Part shown: positions 19,841 through 38,500 of the stretch, one piece after another | How positions within the stretch are numbered: position 1 is the stretch's first letter | Layout: each line of letters starts with the position of its first letter | NCBI GenBank assembly: GCA_003344405.1 | Contig: NOWV01000155.1 | Coordinates: forward strand, 124,001-183,015 | Direction of reading: 5' to 3' | DNA from: Trichoplax sp. H2 | Lineage: Eukaryota | DNA: 59,015 bases | Position numbers and translations under genes: made by a program | Notes under the pieces: model-generated | Database searches by the model: none | What the model was told of the DNA's origin: nothing | The model's input: only the letters and a program-made list of their open reading frames with translations

Positions 19841-21574
19841 CAAGGGAAATACTACTCTGACTGATCTTAATCGACGCTAGGATACTGTGCTGCAGGCATA
19901 AATGACGCAATAAAATAGCCCAAAAGTAGTTGCATTCAATGACCACATCGTGCTGACCAACCAGCGATCGCGTGCAAACTACGCCTAGTAACCACTATTC
20001 AAATTCATTACGTATATTCGTGTAGTTTTGTTCAATAGCCTACTTGGCGGCTATTAGTTCTTGGCCAACCCTAAAAATCAAGTAGAAAAATCATTCTCTT
20101 CTTCTTCTTCAGACTATACTGTACATGGACTCCATAGACTGCCTTTCCAGGGCCCAATGCTACACGCCCTCCATCCATCGATAACTACGATATAAATCGT
20201 TATACCACACCAAAATAGCCAATCATGTCCGATTTCACTTTTTCAAGTGGTAAACTTATCAAAATGAAACCTATCCATCATTCCAAGTATTTTTTAACGC
20301 TGTCCATGATGGTGTCGAAATTGGCAGTCCTACTGCTATAGCCTTGACAAAATAAATCGCATGGTCGGTCATGGTATTGTAGGAATTGGAATGGACACTG
20401 ACGTTTTTCAATCCTTGAAGAAAACGATAATGCTGTACAAGATACCACAATCATCCATGAACAACGAGGGGGTATCGTATGTAGATGAATTATTGATTCC
20501 AATCTACTTCAGCTTACACACAAAATAATGCATTAGAAATAATTTTTAAAAATCCAATTTCTTCAACCCTGATCATGGCTTTGCCTACAGGGTAATTCTC
20601 TTGCCTTACACTTTGGCTACAACGAACTTACCAATACTCAATTCTCATACAAACTGGATAAAACATGACTCTGTAGAGCCATGTAATAAGACGTAGTTGA
20701 CAAGTATCAAAGATGTACAAAGTCTACAAGGTAATCAAAATCTGTGAGTGGAATGGGTGTATGATTTAGTGGCCAGCTGCCACGATGGTTGTCAAAAGCA
20801 ATCTTGAAAACATCAAATGTACCATAGCATACTGTCGGAAACAAATTACATGTAGCAGTATCTCTTTCTCTCTACCTTGTACCTAACGGGCTTAGAGTAA
20901 TAAAGTTCTCTTCTCAGAACAGCTTTCTCTCATCTTAGTCTATAAGTAGAAAGACATATTACTACCTGCTCTTTCTACTACTGATTAACAATTCAATCGT
21001 CAAGAAACTATGTTAACAACCATTGCTTACTCTTTCATTGCCATGGCTAAAACTGCAATAGATCGAGTTAGCCAGGTTGCTATCCATGATAATTAGACAC
21101 TACAGTACTATAGAATCGGCTGGAACAAAATCTAATAGCGTTCCCTTTATAAAGAAATATAGAAACTATTTATAAATTACAAATGCTGCCTGTTTCCAAA
21201 AAAAACAATAAATTGACAAATGAAGAAAGTAACCCAATATTATAAATTGACAACATTCAGATTAAGCTTCTCATTCAATTATGACCATGAAAAAGCTATA
21301 GCCTCCAATTCTGATCATTCTTAAACCATGTCCATTTGCTATCCTACAACATTATACCATGAGCAATTCAGCATGGATTAATGTAGCCCGATGCCTATGA
21401 ATTTACAGATGGCCACCGTTCGATATGCTAGCCACTAGTAATCTTTTTGCTACAAAACTAAACAATTCTATCCCTATGCAAAATAACAAACGAATACAAT
21501 CATTGTGTGCATTTCTGTTCCAGCTGAAAATAACTCACCCTATACTCAGAGCAGCTAATGCTGAATAATGGCGA

Positions 21575-22027
21575 AATTCTGACATTTTTTTTTTGCTCTT
21601 ATCAAACTATCAAATTCGACAATTCAATTGACATCACTGCATCCTTCAAAATCGAAAAAATAAATAAACAAGGCAATATATTCTCATGTAGCACTACAAC
21701 GAGTCTCACTGTAGAGGTAGTAAAGCAATTTAGGCTAAACTCATATACTGTAGAAAATGCCGATGGAACTTTTGTCAAGCACTGTATTGTAAATTTTTCA
21801 TTTTTCTGACATTTTTTTCCTCTTATCAAACTATCGAATTGGACAATTCAATTGACATCACTGTATCCTTCAAAATCGAAAAAATAAACAAGGCAATATA
21901 TTCTCATGTAGCACTACAACGAGTCTCACTGTAGAGGTAGTAAAGCAATTTAGACCAAGCTTATATACTGTAGAAAATGCCGATGGAACTTTTATCAAGC
22001 ACTGTATTGTAAATTTTCCATTTTTCT
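21575..22027. repeat. Tandem duplication of about 228 bp
   Basis: TTCTGACATTTTTT..CTCTTATCAAACTATC..GCACTGTATTGTAAATTTT at about 21577 and 21805. Confidence 0.92.
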
Positions 22028-22039
22028 TGTCATAAATAG

Positions 22040-24577
22040 ATAGTTGATAATGCACGTATGGCCTTCTACTCTGGTAAGACCCGAAACATTCAATTTCGGC
22101 GGAAGCAGCTAAGAACTTTACTGAAATTTACACAAGATCATGAAAAAGAAATTTGCGAGTCAATTTTTGAGGACTTGCAGAAGGTATGCATTTCTTATTT
22201 CTTTCAAGAATTACTTGATTGTTAATTAAAATCATTCCATATCATAATTAGACAATCATTTCATCAACTATCTTATTCCGTTTATCCATTTTGTACATAA
22301 TGGAAAAAATAGATTGTATATAATAAACTATAAACCTTTTTCCGAATGATGCAATTGACATCGTGTAAATAGAAAGTTCGATTTACTATTGCTAAGGCAA
22401 ATATCTTCCAAAATATTGATACATGTCAGACAACAGCTGCAGCTATTTACTTTTATTGCGTGTCTCAGGATATTTATTGTGCTATTGAGTTAAATACCAT
22501 AAACACCACAGTATTTCAATTTTACATCCTACTATCTTCTAAACTATGGCTATTACGACTCTATTATAGCCCTATGCAGAAATTCTGCTGTCAGAATTGG
22601 CATTTGTACGCAATGAGATTGTTACTGCTTTGCAGGAGTTACCTCAAAGGGTAGAATCCAATCGAGTTAGTAAACCTTTCATTCATCAATTTGATGATTG
22701 CATGATCAGATATGAGCCGTTGGGAACTGTCTTAGTCATGGATGCATGGAATTATCCAATTCAGGTACTCTTATCTCCAGCTGTGGGAGCTATCGCTGTC
22801 GATTCATCAAATCCAGATATTCTTAGCTGCTCAGGCAATACGTCTTTGAATCAAGTTGGGCTTTCAATCTAACGCAGATCATATTTTTCCTCATTCAATG
22901 TAGGGAACTGTGTTATTCTAAAACCTTGCAAAGTATCCAGTCATACCGCAAAGCTTATTGCAGAACTTGTAGCAAAATATTTAGATAGTGTAACTAACCT
23001 AAATTGCATTCTACTCTGCAAATTTCATAACGCTAATAAACGTTTACTCACACTTGTACCAAAATATTTAGATAGCGTAACTAACCTAAATTGCATGCTA
23101 CTCTGCAAATTTCATAATGTTAATAAACGTTTGCTCACACTGTATGGCTTACCGAATGAATAATACAATATAGGAATGTTATCCAGTTATATTCGGTGGG
23201 CTTAACCTTGCAGAAGCGGTCCTTAAGCAACGCTTTGATCATGTCTTTTATACTGGAGGCAGTTTTGTGGGCAAGATCGTACTGGAAGCTGCTTCAAAGC
23301 ATCTGACTCCAGTTACTTTGGAATTAGGTGGAAAGAGGTTATTCACTAATTAGTATTCCAATTTCAGGATATACGATGATTTACTGCATACTAAATAACA
23401 GCTTCTTCAAAAATGTAAAATCTCACATGCAGCATAATGTGACTGCTATGAATAATTTACACCAATCTTTTTTTCAATCAGTCCATGTATCACTGATGAC
23501 ATCTGTAATATCAACATTCCTGCTCAACGCATCGCTTGGGGGCAAATATGTCAATTCCAGCCAGGTATCTGAACTAATTTTTCTTATATAATGCTTATAA
23601 CTAGAGAAATAGAATCTCTCTTTTACCTGATTCACAGAATTGCATTGCTCCTGACTATATCTTATGTAGCAAAGATATTCAACCAAAATGAGTGGAAGAA
23701 TTGAAGCGATCAATTGAAAAAATTTACGGAAATGTAAGAAAATTGCAATGACGATATTAAAGTAATCGTTTTATCCATACCACGCAATCCTGGATTAAAT
23801 ACGTCAATATGAGTTTTAAAGATGTCATTTTAACCTGGGTAGAAGAGTCGCTCGTTTAATTGATAAAAAGAAAGTTGCCGTTGGAGGAGAGATTGATAGA
23901 GAAGATAAGTTTATTTCTCCAACCGTCCTAACCGGCACGGAACCAAATGATCCTATAATGCAAGAAGAGGTAACACTATTATCTACTGATGCTAAAAGAT
24001 ATAGAATACTTTCAATCTAACGCCAGCATTAATACTNNNNNNNNNNNNNNNNNNNNTGAGGACTTGCAGAAGGTATGCATTTCTTATTTCATTCAAGAAT
24101 TACTTGATTGTTAATTAATATCATTCCATATAATAATTAGACAATCATTTCATCAACTATCTTATTCCGTTTATCCATTCTGTACATAATGGAAAAAATA
24201 GATTGTATATAATAAACTATAAACCTTTTTCCGAATGATGTAATGCGTCAATATGAGTTTTAAAGATGTCATTTTAACCTGTGTAGAAGAGTCGCTCGTT
24301 TAATTGATAAAAAGAAAGTTGCCGTTGAAGGAGAGATTGATAGAGAAGATAAGTTTATTTCTCTAACCGTCCTAACCGGCACGGAACCAAATGATCCTAT
24401 AATGCAAGAAGAGGTAACACTATTATCTACTGATGCTAAAAGATATAGAATACTTTCAATCTAACGCCAGCATTAATACTGTCCATTGCTGTGTATATTT
24501 ACAAAGATATTTGGCCCAGTACTGCCGATTGTCAATATTGCGACTGTCGATGAAGCCATCAATTTTGTCCATTGTAG
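22040..24577 (+). pseudogene. ALDH3-family pseudogene (tandem duplicate of the downstream gene), present as two versions around an assembly gap
   Basis: Exons colinear with the intact gene (IVDNARMAFYSGKT.., EPLGTVLVMDAWNYP, FYTGG..LELGGK, CIAPDY, IMQEE|IFGPVLPI). Lesions: donor GT->AT at 22802, +1 G frameshift at 23538-23542, in-frame TGA at 23689-23691, one internal exon missing, no exons found after 24577. Confidence 0.9.
24037..24056. other. Assembly gap (20 N)
   Basis: Run of N; sequence after it re-reads about 22168-22354 and 23800-24036. Confidence 0.99.
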
Positions 24578-25369
24578 GTAATTTCAGCATTGCATATTTA
24601 CTCTACTGTTAAACTCTCCATTTATCGCCTTCAATAAAGACATTATTTATAAACAACGTCTTGTTCTAATCGTTTGTATTTGATTTTCAACGCATGGTAT
24701 AGCCTTCGAAAGTTTCGCTAATGTTGTCTGTAAATTGACCAAATTCCATTTAAAATTAAACTGTCCGTACTAAACCTCATCAAGAAAGTTGACATCTCTT
24801 TTAATAAACTCCACCTATGCTAACTTAAGCCTACATTATATAGAACGACGAGTTTTATAGTTGGCATCTTGGTATAAAGTTACATTTACAAGTACAGTTC
24901 AATCTTCGATTTGCAATTAAATAACAATTTCCTTTTCGTATGTGTACATCGTATTTCAATAAAAGCTTTACTATTGTTTGTATGATTATAATTATTAGCT
25001 GTAGGAAGTTCTACTTTTCTGGCATGATATTACTCATCTTTGTAGGTCATTATGCCAGTGATACCTCAAACATTGTAAAATAAATTATAGTTATAGCATG
25101 TTACTATCGTGTCTAAAGGATGTTGCAAAGTAACTGGTTTGTCTAGGACAAGTTACGTTAAATTATGATAATAAAAACAATACCGAATTGTAATGTCTAT
25201 ATAACTAACGTTAGGGTACTTTTTTGGGTACTTTTGTTGCTGAATTTACTCTATTTTTGTAAGACTAACATAATATTCAGTCACTGACGTACTTTAATAT
25301 TACAAATTGATTCTGTGCCGCTCTGTCTGAATAACTATTAGCATCAATACTCTGCTAATAGAGCTCTTT

Positions 25370-27225
25370 CCCAAATCCTCAACCTAGCTCCAGTAATAGT
25401 ATAATCTTTGCATGCTATTTTGAGAATTGTCATCACACCGTCCTCATCTTAATATTGTAGCTCATCTTGTACGTAGTATAAACTTGTAGAATAACACATT
25501 CCATGGAATGGATCTGGCTTACTACTCTACACTTGTATTATCGACTGTAATAAGATCACATGTTGCAAATATCCACGCGAACTAGGATATGGTATAGTAG
25601 TTCATCGTTATATCCGATCTAGCTTAGTCATTACAGTTGGATTATGGCGCGTTGCTGTTGCATGGATTGATCATAATAGTACACTTTGCTCAGTCAACGA
25701 ACTAAAATAAGGAAATTCAATAACTTTGCACAACACATTCATTGTCTCATTACCAGAATATTGGTAATATTCTCTGTACAATCATTACTATTTATTTCTA
25801 TTCATTTCAAGCAATTCATTGCCACTTTCAAGTTCCTCCGCAAATCCGCAACCTGACTTCAACAGTAGCAAAGTCCTTGTATTCTGTTTTGAGAATAGTC
25901 GTCACATCGCCGTCATTGTAACACCGTAGCTTTTCTTGTATATGCTATCAACTTATCGAAATAGGAATGACGGAATGGATTTGGCTTTCTACTCTACCCT
26001 TGTATTCTAATTATCTGTTGTAATACAGTCATATCACATGTTGCAAATATCTATATCCACTAGGATATGGTACAATAGTGATGTTCCATATTTGATTTTG
26101 CTCAGTCATTCCAGTTCCTTTAATTTGTATTCATTTCAAGCAATTCACTTCCACTTTCTCAAGTTCCTTCGTAAATCCTCAACCTAACTGCAGCAGTACC
26201 ATAGTCTTTGCATGCTATTTTGAGAATTGTCAGACTCGTGGTTTCATTACTAGAATATTGGGAATATTGTAAGGATAATTCATACAATAATCTTAGCAGT
26301 ACCATAGTCTTTGCATGCTGTTTTGAGAATTGTCAGACTCGTGGTCTCATTACTAGAATATTGGGAATATTATAAGGATAATTCACACAATAACCCTAGC
26401 AGTATCATAGTCCTTGCATGCTGTTTTGGAAATTGTCGTCCTATCGCTGTCATTGTAATACCGTAGTTTTTCTTATACATACTATCAACTTATAGAAATA
26501 GGAATGGCGAAATGGAATTGGCTTTCTACTCTACACTGGTATCATCTACTGTAATACAATCACATCATATGTTACAAATATCCATATGCACTATAGGTAG
26601 TAAGATATAATTACAAAATGGTGAAGACTATTGTACACTTTGCAGAATTGTCAGACTCGTGGTCTCATTACTAGAATATTGGGAATATTGTAAGGATAAT
26701 TCATACAATAACCCTAGCAGTATCATAGTCTTTGCATGCTATTTTGAGAATTGTCAGACTCGTGGTCTCATTACTAGAATATTGGGAATATTGTAAGGAT
26801 AATTCACACAATAACCCTAGCAGTATCATAGTCTTTGCATGCTATTTTGAGAATTGTCAGGCTCGTGGTCTCATTACTAGAATATTGGGAATATTGTAAG
26901 GATAATTTACACAATAACCCTAGCAGTATCATAGTCCTTACATGCTATTTTGGAAATGGTCGTCCTATCGCCGTCATAGTAATACCGTAGTTTTTCTTAT
27001 ACATACTATCAACTTCTAGCAATAGGAATGGCGGAATGGATTTGGCTTTCTACTCTACACTGGTATCCTCTACTGTAATACAATCACATCACATGTTACA
27101 AATATCGCTATGCCTTTGTCATATATCTGAATCTTAGACTTGGTTAATGTTAGTATAGTAACTATAGGGAGTAAAATAGAATTACAAAATGGCGGAGACT
27201 ATTGTACACTTTGCTCGGTCAATGA
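25370..27225. repeat. Nested (higher-order) tandem repeat: ~500-bp diverged blocks containing young 103-bp units
   Basis: 103-bp anchors (C/T)TAGCAGTA at 26293, 26396, 26714, 26817, 26920; block anchor GGA..TGGCTT..TACTCTAC at about 25510, 25977, 26515, 27038. Confidence 0.88.
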
Positions 27226-28272
27226 AGCAACATAAGCAACATCAATACCTAAACACAACAAACTCCGACTCGTTGTCTCAATATCAGAATAGTGCGAATA
27301 TGATACGTCTAATCCTTGCTATAGATTTCTATTCTGTTCAAGTAATGCCCTTTACTGCTGTACAGTCTATGGATATGCATCAAAGCTACGTCTGTTAGCA
27401 ACATGGAAGTCAATCAATAAATCGAAAAATAAATAAAATATCCATCTTTTTACTCCATTTCTGGTTTCAGTTGGTTGACTAAGGAATGCCTATGACATGA
27501 TATTTGCACTGAGAAGGTCGATCGTCCTTGTTGTGACTCCTAACGTCTCCGTTTTCCACTACAGTTACGCTTAGAATGGATTTCCTACCATCACGTGATG
27601 TTGTGATGATCCACTGATGATTGGCTAGCCATTTCGCTTTCTACTGTACTGTAATAGGACGACCTAGAGTAGAAATAATATCCAAGGTTGATTACTATAG
27701 GCATTCCATGCAGCCGTGACATTTAATTTGCACACCATTTGCTATCGGATTTGAACTCTGACCTCTTGATCCCCTTCGTTATTTCCCTAGAATTCCAACT
27801 TCAATTTAGGACACCGTATAGCAAATGAGACGTATGGGCCCCTAAAACTCGTCCTATTCCGTATTGCAAATAGGATCTCAATGACAACATGGGCTATCTC
27901 ATCCTTGCGGCACTGGCTCAGTTGAAATCCTAAAGAGCATCGATGACATCATGCTTCGTTAATAAGGACAGTACAGTATCCAACCACCCCACAGAAGCGG
28001 TAGTAAGGTCAATGTGAACTGGACAGTATTAGTCAGCAAAAAGTCGTCAACTGAACCGATACGTACCGTACCGAACCGAACCGTCCTTTCTCTGGTCCAG
28101 TATTAGACCTGGAAGACCCTCGAGAGACCCTCCCACCGGTACTGCAACTGAGTGTGCAGCTGGTATACTACGCAGTCGCATTGCAACAGTCCTCCCCTCC
28201 AAATTAGAGATCTAAAAACTTCAAAACAACTGGATAGCATAGGTGCAAAATTCGCAGTTCTACTCTACAATC

Positions 28273-32715
<4,443 letters not shown>

Positions 32716-33267
32716 TATCGCTAATATCTTGTCGCATTTACAGCATATAGCTTAAGTTCTAATTAGTGATTAAAAACTACAAATAGAGTATGATCCAATT
32801 GTACGGGTAAAACTTTGCTCAATTTAGACCGTGAACTACATCGTATAATTGCGTACACACATATTCATCTTTTATGATATAGAATTGCAACTGTTCAACT
32901 GATGTATAATTTTAAGATTATTCGTGCATATGGTAACCATTGACAGACATAAATACATGGATAAAATGATATCAGAAATAATCGGTCGCTGTAGAAATGT
33001 AGATATTGATAACGTAGATTTATGGTTCTTTTTCAATGATAGTAGAGCACTTGAGCTACAGTAGTACGTAAGTAGATATCACTATAAGTGCGTATACTCC
33101 ATTCAGCCATACTAAGTAGCAGCTTCAATGAATTACCTCAATAATTGTAATGGATTGATTTAACCCCTGTAACTGAAATGTCACAAATAAAAAATGGAAT
33201 AGAACCGAAATTTTTTTATTGGTCAAAAGTTTACATTGTATACAGAAATAACATGAGCTACAGTCTC

Positions 33268-35017
33268 TTAAAACTTTTGAAATTGCTTCTTGCCAGATTG
33301 TTGTTTCGTTACTTTCAGAACATTAAAACGCACAGTCTTACTTAACGGTCTGCATTGACCAACAGTTACAGTATCGCCAAGTTGCACATCCCTATTATCA
33401 AGACCAATAAGCAATTCAGTTAGTCCTTACTACTCAGCGACAGCCAGAGCATCACATGTTGAACATATATTGCATTAGCCGCAAGTTTAACAAGCTAATA
33501 GAATATTTTAGCCGACAACCACATACGTATGCAACAACAAGTAAGAATGACTTACGGGAAACAAGGAGATAAATGTACAGCCAAGTTCTTATGACGTTTC
33601 TCATATCGATTATACTTTTTGATGTAGTGAAGATAATCCCGTCGAATGACAATCGTCCTCCTCATCTTCATTTTAGCAACTACACCGGTCAGGATACGAC
33701 CACGAATGCTAACATTACCAGTAAAAGGACATTTCTTATCAATGTATGTTCCTTCCGTAGCCTAAATAAAGATAATTGCAAAGACTTTTAGTGCCGCAAT
33801 TATTTTATTCAACAGGATGAGCAAGTCATACGTCCAAGTAGTTTGTTTTATAACCGAAAAGTAGTAGTAAATAGTTTACACCCCATTGATACAGTTGCAA
33901 CCTTAAAAGGAAGTCACAAACATCCACAACAAAGTTTCAACCGTGAAATCGAGCGCGATCTTACCTCTCTTGGAGTTTTAAAGCCTAAGCCGATATTACG
34001 AACGTAGCGGCGATCTTTTCTTTTTGTAGCAAGCACATTCTTTTTATTTTGAAAGATAGTCGGTTGTTTCTGATAGGCTTTCTCAATCTACAGAATTATA
34101 AGATGATTCAACTTATTGTGGAATCAGTACCGATGGACGCAAAGTCACATACTATCATGACAATTATACACACATATTTTGGTTATTTTAGTCAGTGAAT
34201 TAGAAACTGCTGTATATCTCAGTTCTATATGCTAGACAGTAAGCAATTATAGCATTTCATCTGTACTAAGTTTGTAATATTGTCCATAAAGCTAATCACT
34301 ACACAATATCTAGAATGTAGCATGTCTTTCCAAATGGTATTGGAATTCGTATCTACTCTATAGCATCACGCTGGGTACGTAGTAGCCTGTATGATCGACA
34401 TTTCAATCTTTTCCTATGTATCAAGTCCAATTCTATCAGGCATAGTGGATTATAGCATCCTCCTTGATACGTCTATAAGCAATAAACCACAGCTAAACTG
34501 AAAAGGAATGATTCCAAGAGACCCTATTTGGTCAGTCATGTACTTTCTCTTCTAGCCAGCAAGGAGGCTAGGATTCAAGCCGTTTTGATCGAGCAACTAC
34601 TTTACCCATATCATTATCTACAAGGAATGTCGATCGTCATCACTGGACAAGAAGATCGCTGTAATAAGCGAATATTGAATTTCTTTAACCCATTAATATA
34701 CAGAAATAGAAGATGATAATACAAAGTGGAAGCTTTCCAAGTAAGGCAGATACACGTCTAAAGGTTTAATGCACATGGTGTAAAAATTGCCTACAGTCAA
34801 TCTACTTGTCATCCAGTATCGACTAATGCATGTCGTTCTCATTGTGAATTCCACGATAGCAAAGTCATTACACTAGCTCAAACACTTAAAATAGTAAAAA
34901 GTACATCATAAATCATTCCTTCAAGCTAGGAAATAGAGAGAGAAGGCAATTTTCATCACTTCTATCGAGTAAAAGTAAACACTGTCTTGCTAGAACGAGA
35001 CCTACCTGTTCCGCCAT
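33268..35017 (-). CDS. RPS11: 40S ribosomal protein S11 (uS17), 4 exons, 154 aa
   Basis: Exons 35017-35006 MAEQ; 34087-33965 [21 protein letters not shown]; 33761-33556 [44 protein letters not shown]; 33391-33268 [34 protein letters not shown]. Confidence 0.98.
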
Positions 35018-35031
35018 GATGATGAATTGCT

Positions 35032-35044
35032 GAAAGGAAGGAAC
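35032..35044 (-). promoter_or_regulatory. Pyrimidine tract (TCT initiator / 5' TOP) of RPS11
   Basis: TTCCTTCCTTTC about 15 nt upstream of the ATG, typical of ribosomal protein gene start sites. Confidence 0.7.
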
Positions 35045-35583
35045 GTAAGCATGTGAGAGCCTTAAAAAGGCGAGGGGTGGCCCAATAGCACGCTGAAATT
35101 TGCAAGGGTTCTCTGGCGCATGCGTAATTGGATCTATTACAACCTTACCCCATGCACGCGATACGCTTGCCGTACAGTACAGTAGTCAGAAAAAAACAGG
35201 ATTGTACTGTACACTGTACACTGTAACTTGCGACTGCGCAGTACAAACAAGACGTCCTGTCCTATCGTACTCTACTGTATGATACACAACAGTACGACAG
35301 GCTAATTCGCTACTCGGTGCTATACCAGCTGTACTGTACGTGAAGGACTTGAGCAATCTTGTTCTCTAGCTGCTGCAGAAAGCAGAACTGGAATGGAAGA
35401 AATTCATCGTCCACTTTGACTTTTTTTCCCAATAGGTCCGGATAAAAAGTGTTGCATTTCTATCTCAGTAATAGGTTGCATTATTAATGGATCTCATACT
35501 CTTTTCATTGATTAGCTTTTACAACAATCAACATTCTACAAATCGACAGCCTCATCCAAACTGAAAAGTGGATCGACATAATT
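35045..35583. promoter_or_regulatory. Bidirectional promoter region RPS11/CWF19L1
   Basis: Divergent ATGs 567 bp apart; locally GC/CpG-richer sequence. Confidence 0.65.
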
Positions 35584-38500
35584 ATGGCTTGCAAAATGTA
35601 AGTGATTGAAATGAGAATAATTTCAATGGCATGGACTACTGGGTGATTGCATGCTAGCATCACATCTTATGGTTTATTTTATATGTGGGGAAAGGACCGA
35701 TAAATTGAACACGATCAATCTCTCCATACTGAACTACAGTATCATTTCGTGACGATCATCATCATCATCTACCTGCTAGCTGCAAACGTCATGAACCACA
35801 TCATGTCGATCAGTCAGCTAAATGATCAAAGTATTTGAAATAGGGTACTGCATGAACAACTATTTTATAATAGTTATTTTCTATAGCTAAGCATGCTTTA
35901 AATGCTATGGTATCTATCTTTCATTTCACTATGAGCAATGGTTCGAGAATAAAACTACACTATCATCGTCAATGAAAGTCGACAACCTTGACAACGTAGC
36001 TAATACAACCCAATTTACATCCATCCATCCACACTTATCATCCCAATCAGCGTACCTAAATGCAAGCGATAATTATATTATACACATAGCAAGAGCTCCT
36101 TCCAATACACATGTCTGTGCCTACAAGATGCTTTAAATGCTAATGATAGCTAATTCACTGATTGTCTTCAATTTCGACAATGGCTAGAGAATGGCTGCGC
36201 TTACCGCAACTGGACACCTAGCAATGATAACGTAGCTAGTACAGTACAACGCAGTTTACCTTACCAACTCCCTTATACGCGTACTCTCCCAAATTGGTAT
36301 GTAGAAACGCCAATCGTTATTGCACCGTTAAATGCAAAACTTCTAGCACTTTAAGTACTATGGGTCTGTCGGCAACTCTATTATTGACAATGGCTAGAGA
36401 AGAACTAGAACGGCACGCTTTGCAACGATGATGACCTAACCCAACACAGTCTACATACTTTACATTAATAATTACACCCCATATTTGTAGTATTACGCGT
36501 AAACGCAAATTATAATTGCATTGTTACAATACTAAACTAAAAGTCTGCTTCATTGAATTAACGAAACCTACTTTGACTGCATGTGCTGTAGTTTAGCTTG
36601 TGGTGATATTAAAGGAAGACTAACGCAACTATTTGAACGAGTTCGTTCTGTACAAAAAAAAGCCGGCAATTTTGAGGTAAGAATGTTTCTCTACATGATT
36701 AGTATCATATGCTTCATACTGCTTATATATGCTTATACAGTAAATCCTTTATGCTTTATATGCTTTATATGATATGTCGGAGTATCTTCACACAAGGACG
36801 ATATCGTACTTATTAATGCAAATGGTTACTAACCAAATTCATCATGATCATTTACTGATCATCAATACAGATTGTACAAAGATTTTATTACCTTTGCAAT
36901 ATTCGTCATAATCTTCACTTTCTACCATTTCTTAGATGCTGGTATGTGTTGGATCATTTTTTTCCAGTGAAAATCATCATCATGAGGAATTACAAAAATA
37001 CATCGATGGTCAGCTAGAAGGTTGGATATTTACTATCATTAATTTATTCCTGCCTACGGCGGTGCAAATTTACAACGTAGTTTAACTTATACCATCTTCC
37101 ATCATCGTTGTAATTTATTACAATAATACCTATTTGCACATTGCGTAATATATTTTGATATACAGCACTTACCAAAAATTGAAACTCGGCTTGCTTCTTA
37201 TTATAATTCACTAGTTCCTATCCCAACTTATATCCTTGGTCCAAATACTGATGATGAAACTGTGCACTACCGGGATCAAGAGATAGAAGGTGGTGAAATA
37301 TGTCCAAATGTAACTGTCCTAGGTACACTAGATATATAGACTGACCTACCTTTTGATCATTTTTATTGAGGACTCCCTTCGGCACAACTTTTATCTATCA
37401 TTAAGGATATTCATTTATAAAATTGATTGAAATCTTACTAGGAAAGAGAGGCATCTTCACTACCCTTTCTGGTCTCTCTATTGCTTATATGAGCGGACAG
37501 GATGGTAGTAATTTGCAATCCTCAAATGTTCAGGTGAATGTGCTTATGCAATAGTACCGTCTACCATTACCTATCATCTCTACTAAACTATCTTAATCAA
37601 TTAGAAACATCATTTCGTCGGAGATGACATCAACTATTTTGCAAAAAAAGCCAATGACTTCAACTTTCAAGGTGTAGATGTTCTTTTAACTTCACCCTGG
37701 CCAAAGGGAATATGCAATTTTGTCCAACCACCGGTACGTACGCATTTCAATACTATCTTCTACAGATTTTAGTAAGGCTAATACAATACTGGATAGTGTG
37801 GCAATGATAGTATTTGGAACATTAATCTTTTAGATATCAAAAATAATTATATAACTTTCTCTGCGTAGGAAAATTATAATAAAGATTCTGGTTCTAGTTT
37901 GGTTTCACACTTAGCGTCAATATTGAAGCCTAGATATCATTTTTCTGGTACGGAAGGTTTGTTTTTCGAGCGTCTACCATATAGGTATGGAAATGTTTTG
38001 ACTAATTGGCTTTTAGTTTAAATTATTTTACACTTATTTATACTTGCATTAATTTATAGATTAATTGAAAATAATATTTACTAGAAAAATGTTTAAATAT
38101 GTTGTTGCCTAGGAACGATAAAGGCACATACGGAAAAACTCAACATGTCACGCGTTTCTTAGGGCTAGCACCGGTTGGTAATGAAGAAAAGTTAAAGGTA
38201 CAGGCTTTTGTAGAGCTCGATTAGTTATACCACATATGATTATACGCAATTTCTATCAATATTGGACATTTACCATAGCTACTAATGTCGTAAATAATAG
38301 TACCTGTATGCCTTCAACATTGTGCCTATTCCACACATACCTCGGGGAAAGTTGACTGCAATTCCTCCAAGTGTCACTAACTTTCCATACAGCAGTTTGG
38401 AAAAAGAACAAAGTCATAATGCAGACCAGTCAGCACAGCCTTCAGGCGGATATTTTTATGATATGGGAAACGCCCAAAATCAGCGTCCTTACCAGCAGAA

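Noticed and set aside
33573..33791. Plus-strand 72-aa ORF, and similar ORFs at 2099-2425 and 40076-40303
   Set aside because: Antisense shadows of RPS11, FARS2 and CWF19L1 exons.
33392..35005. Box C/D-like words in RPS11 introns (GTGATG..CTGA near 33415-33460; GTGATGA near 34955)
   Set aside because: Spacing too short or D box missing, no terminal stem or rRNA guide I could verify; needs snoscan/Infernal.
35880..36450. Degenerate internal repeats in CWF19L1 intron 1 (ATGCTTTAAATGCTA, GACAATGGCTAGAGAA)
   Set aside because: Old local duplication without termini or structure; unremarkable.
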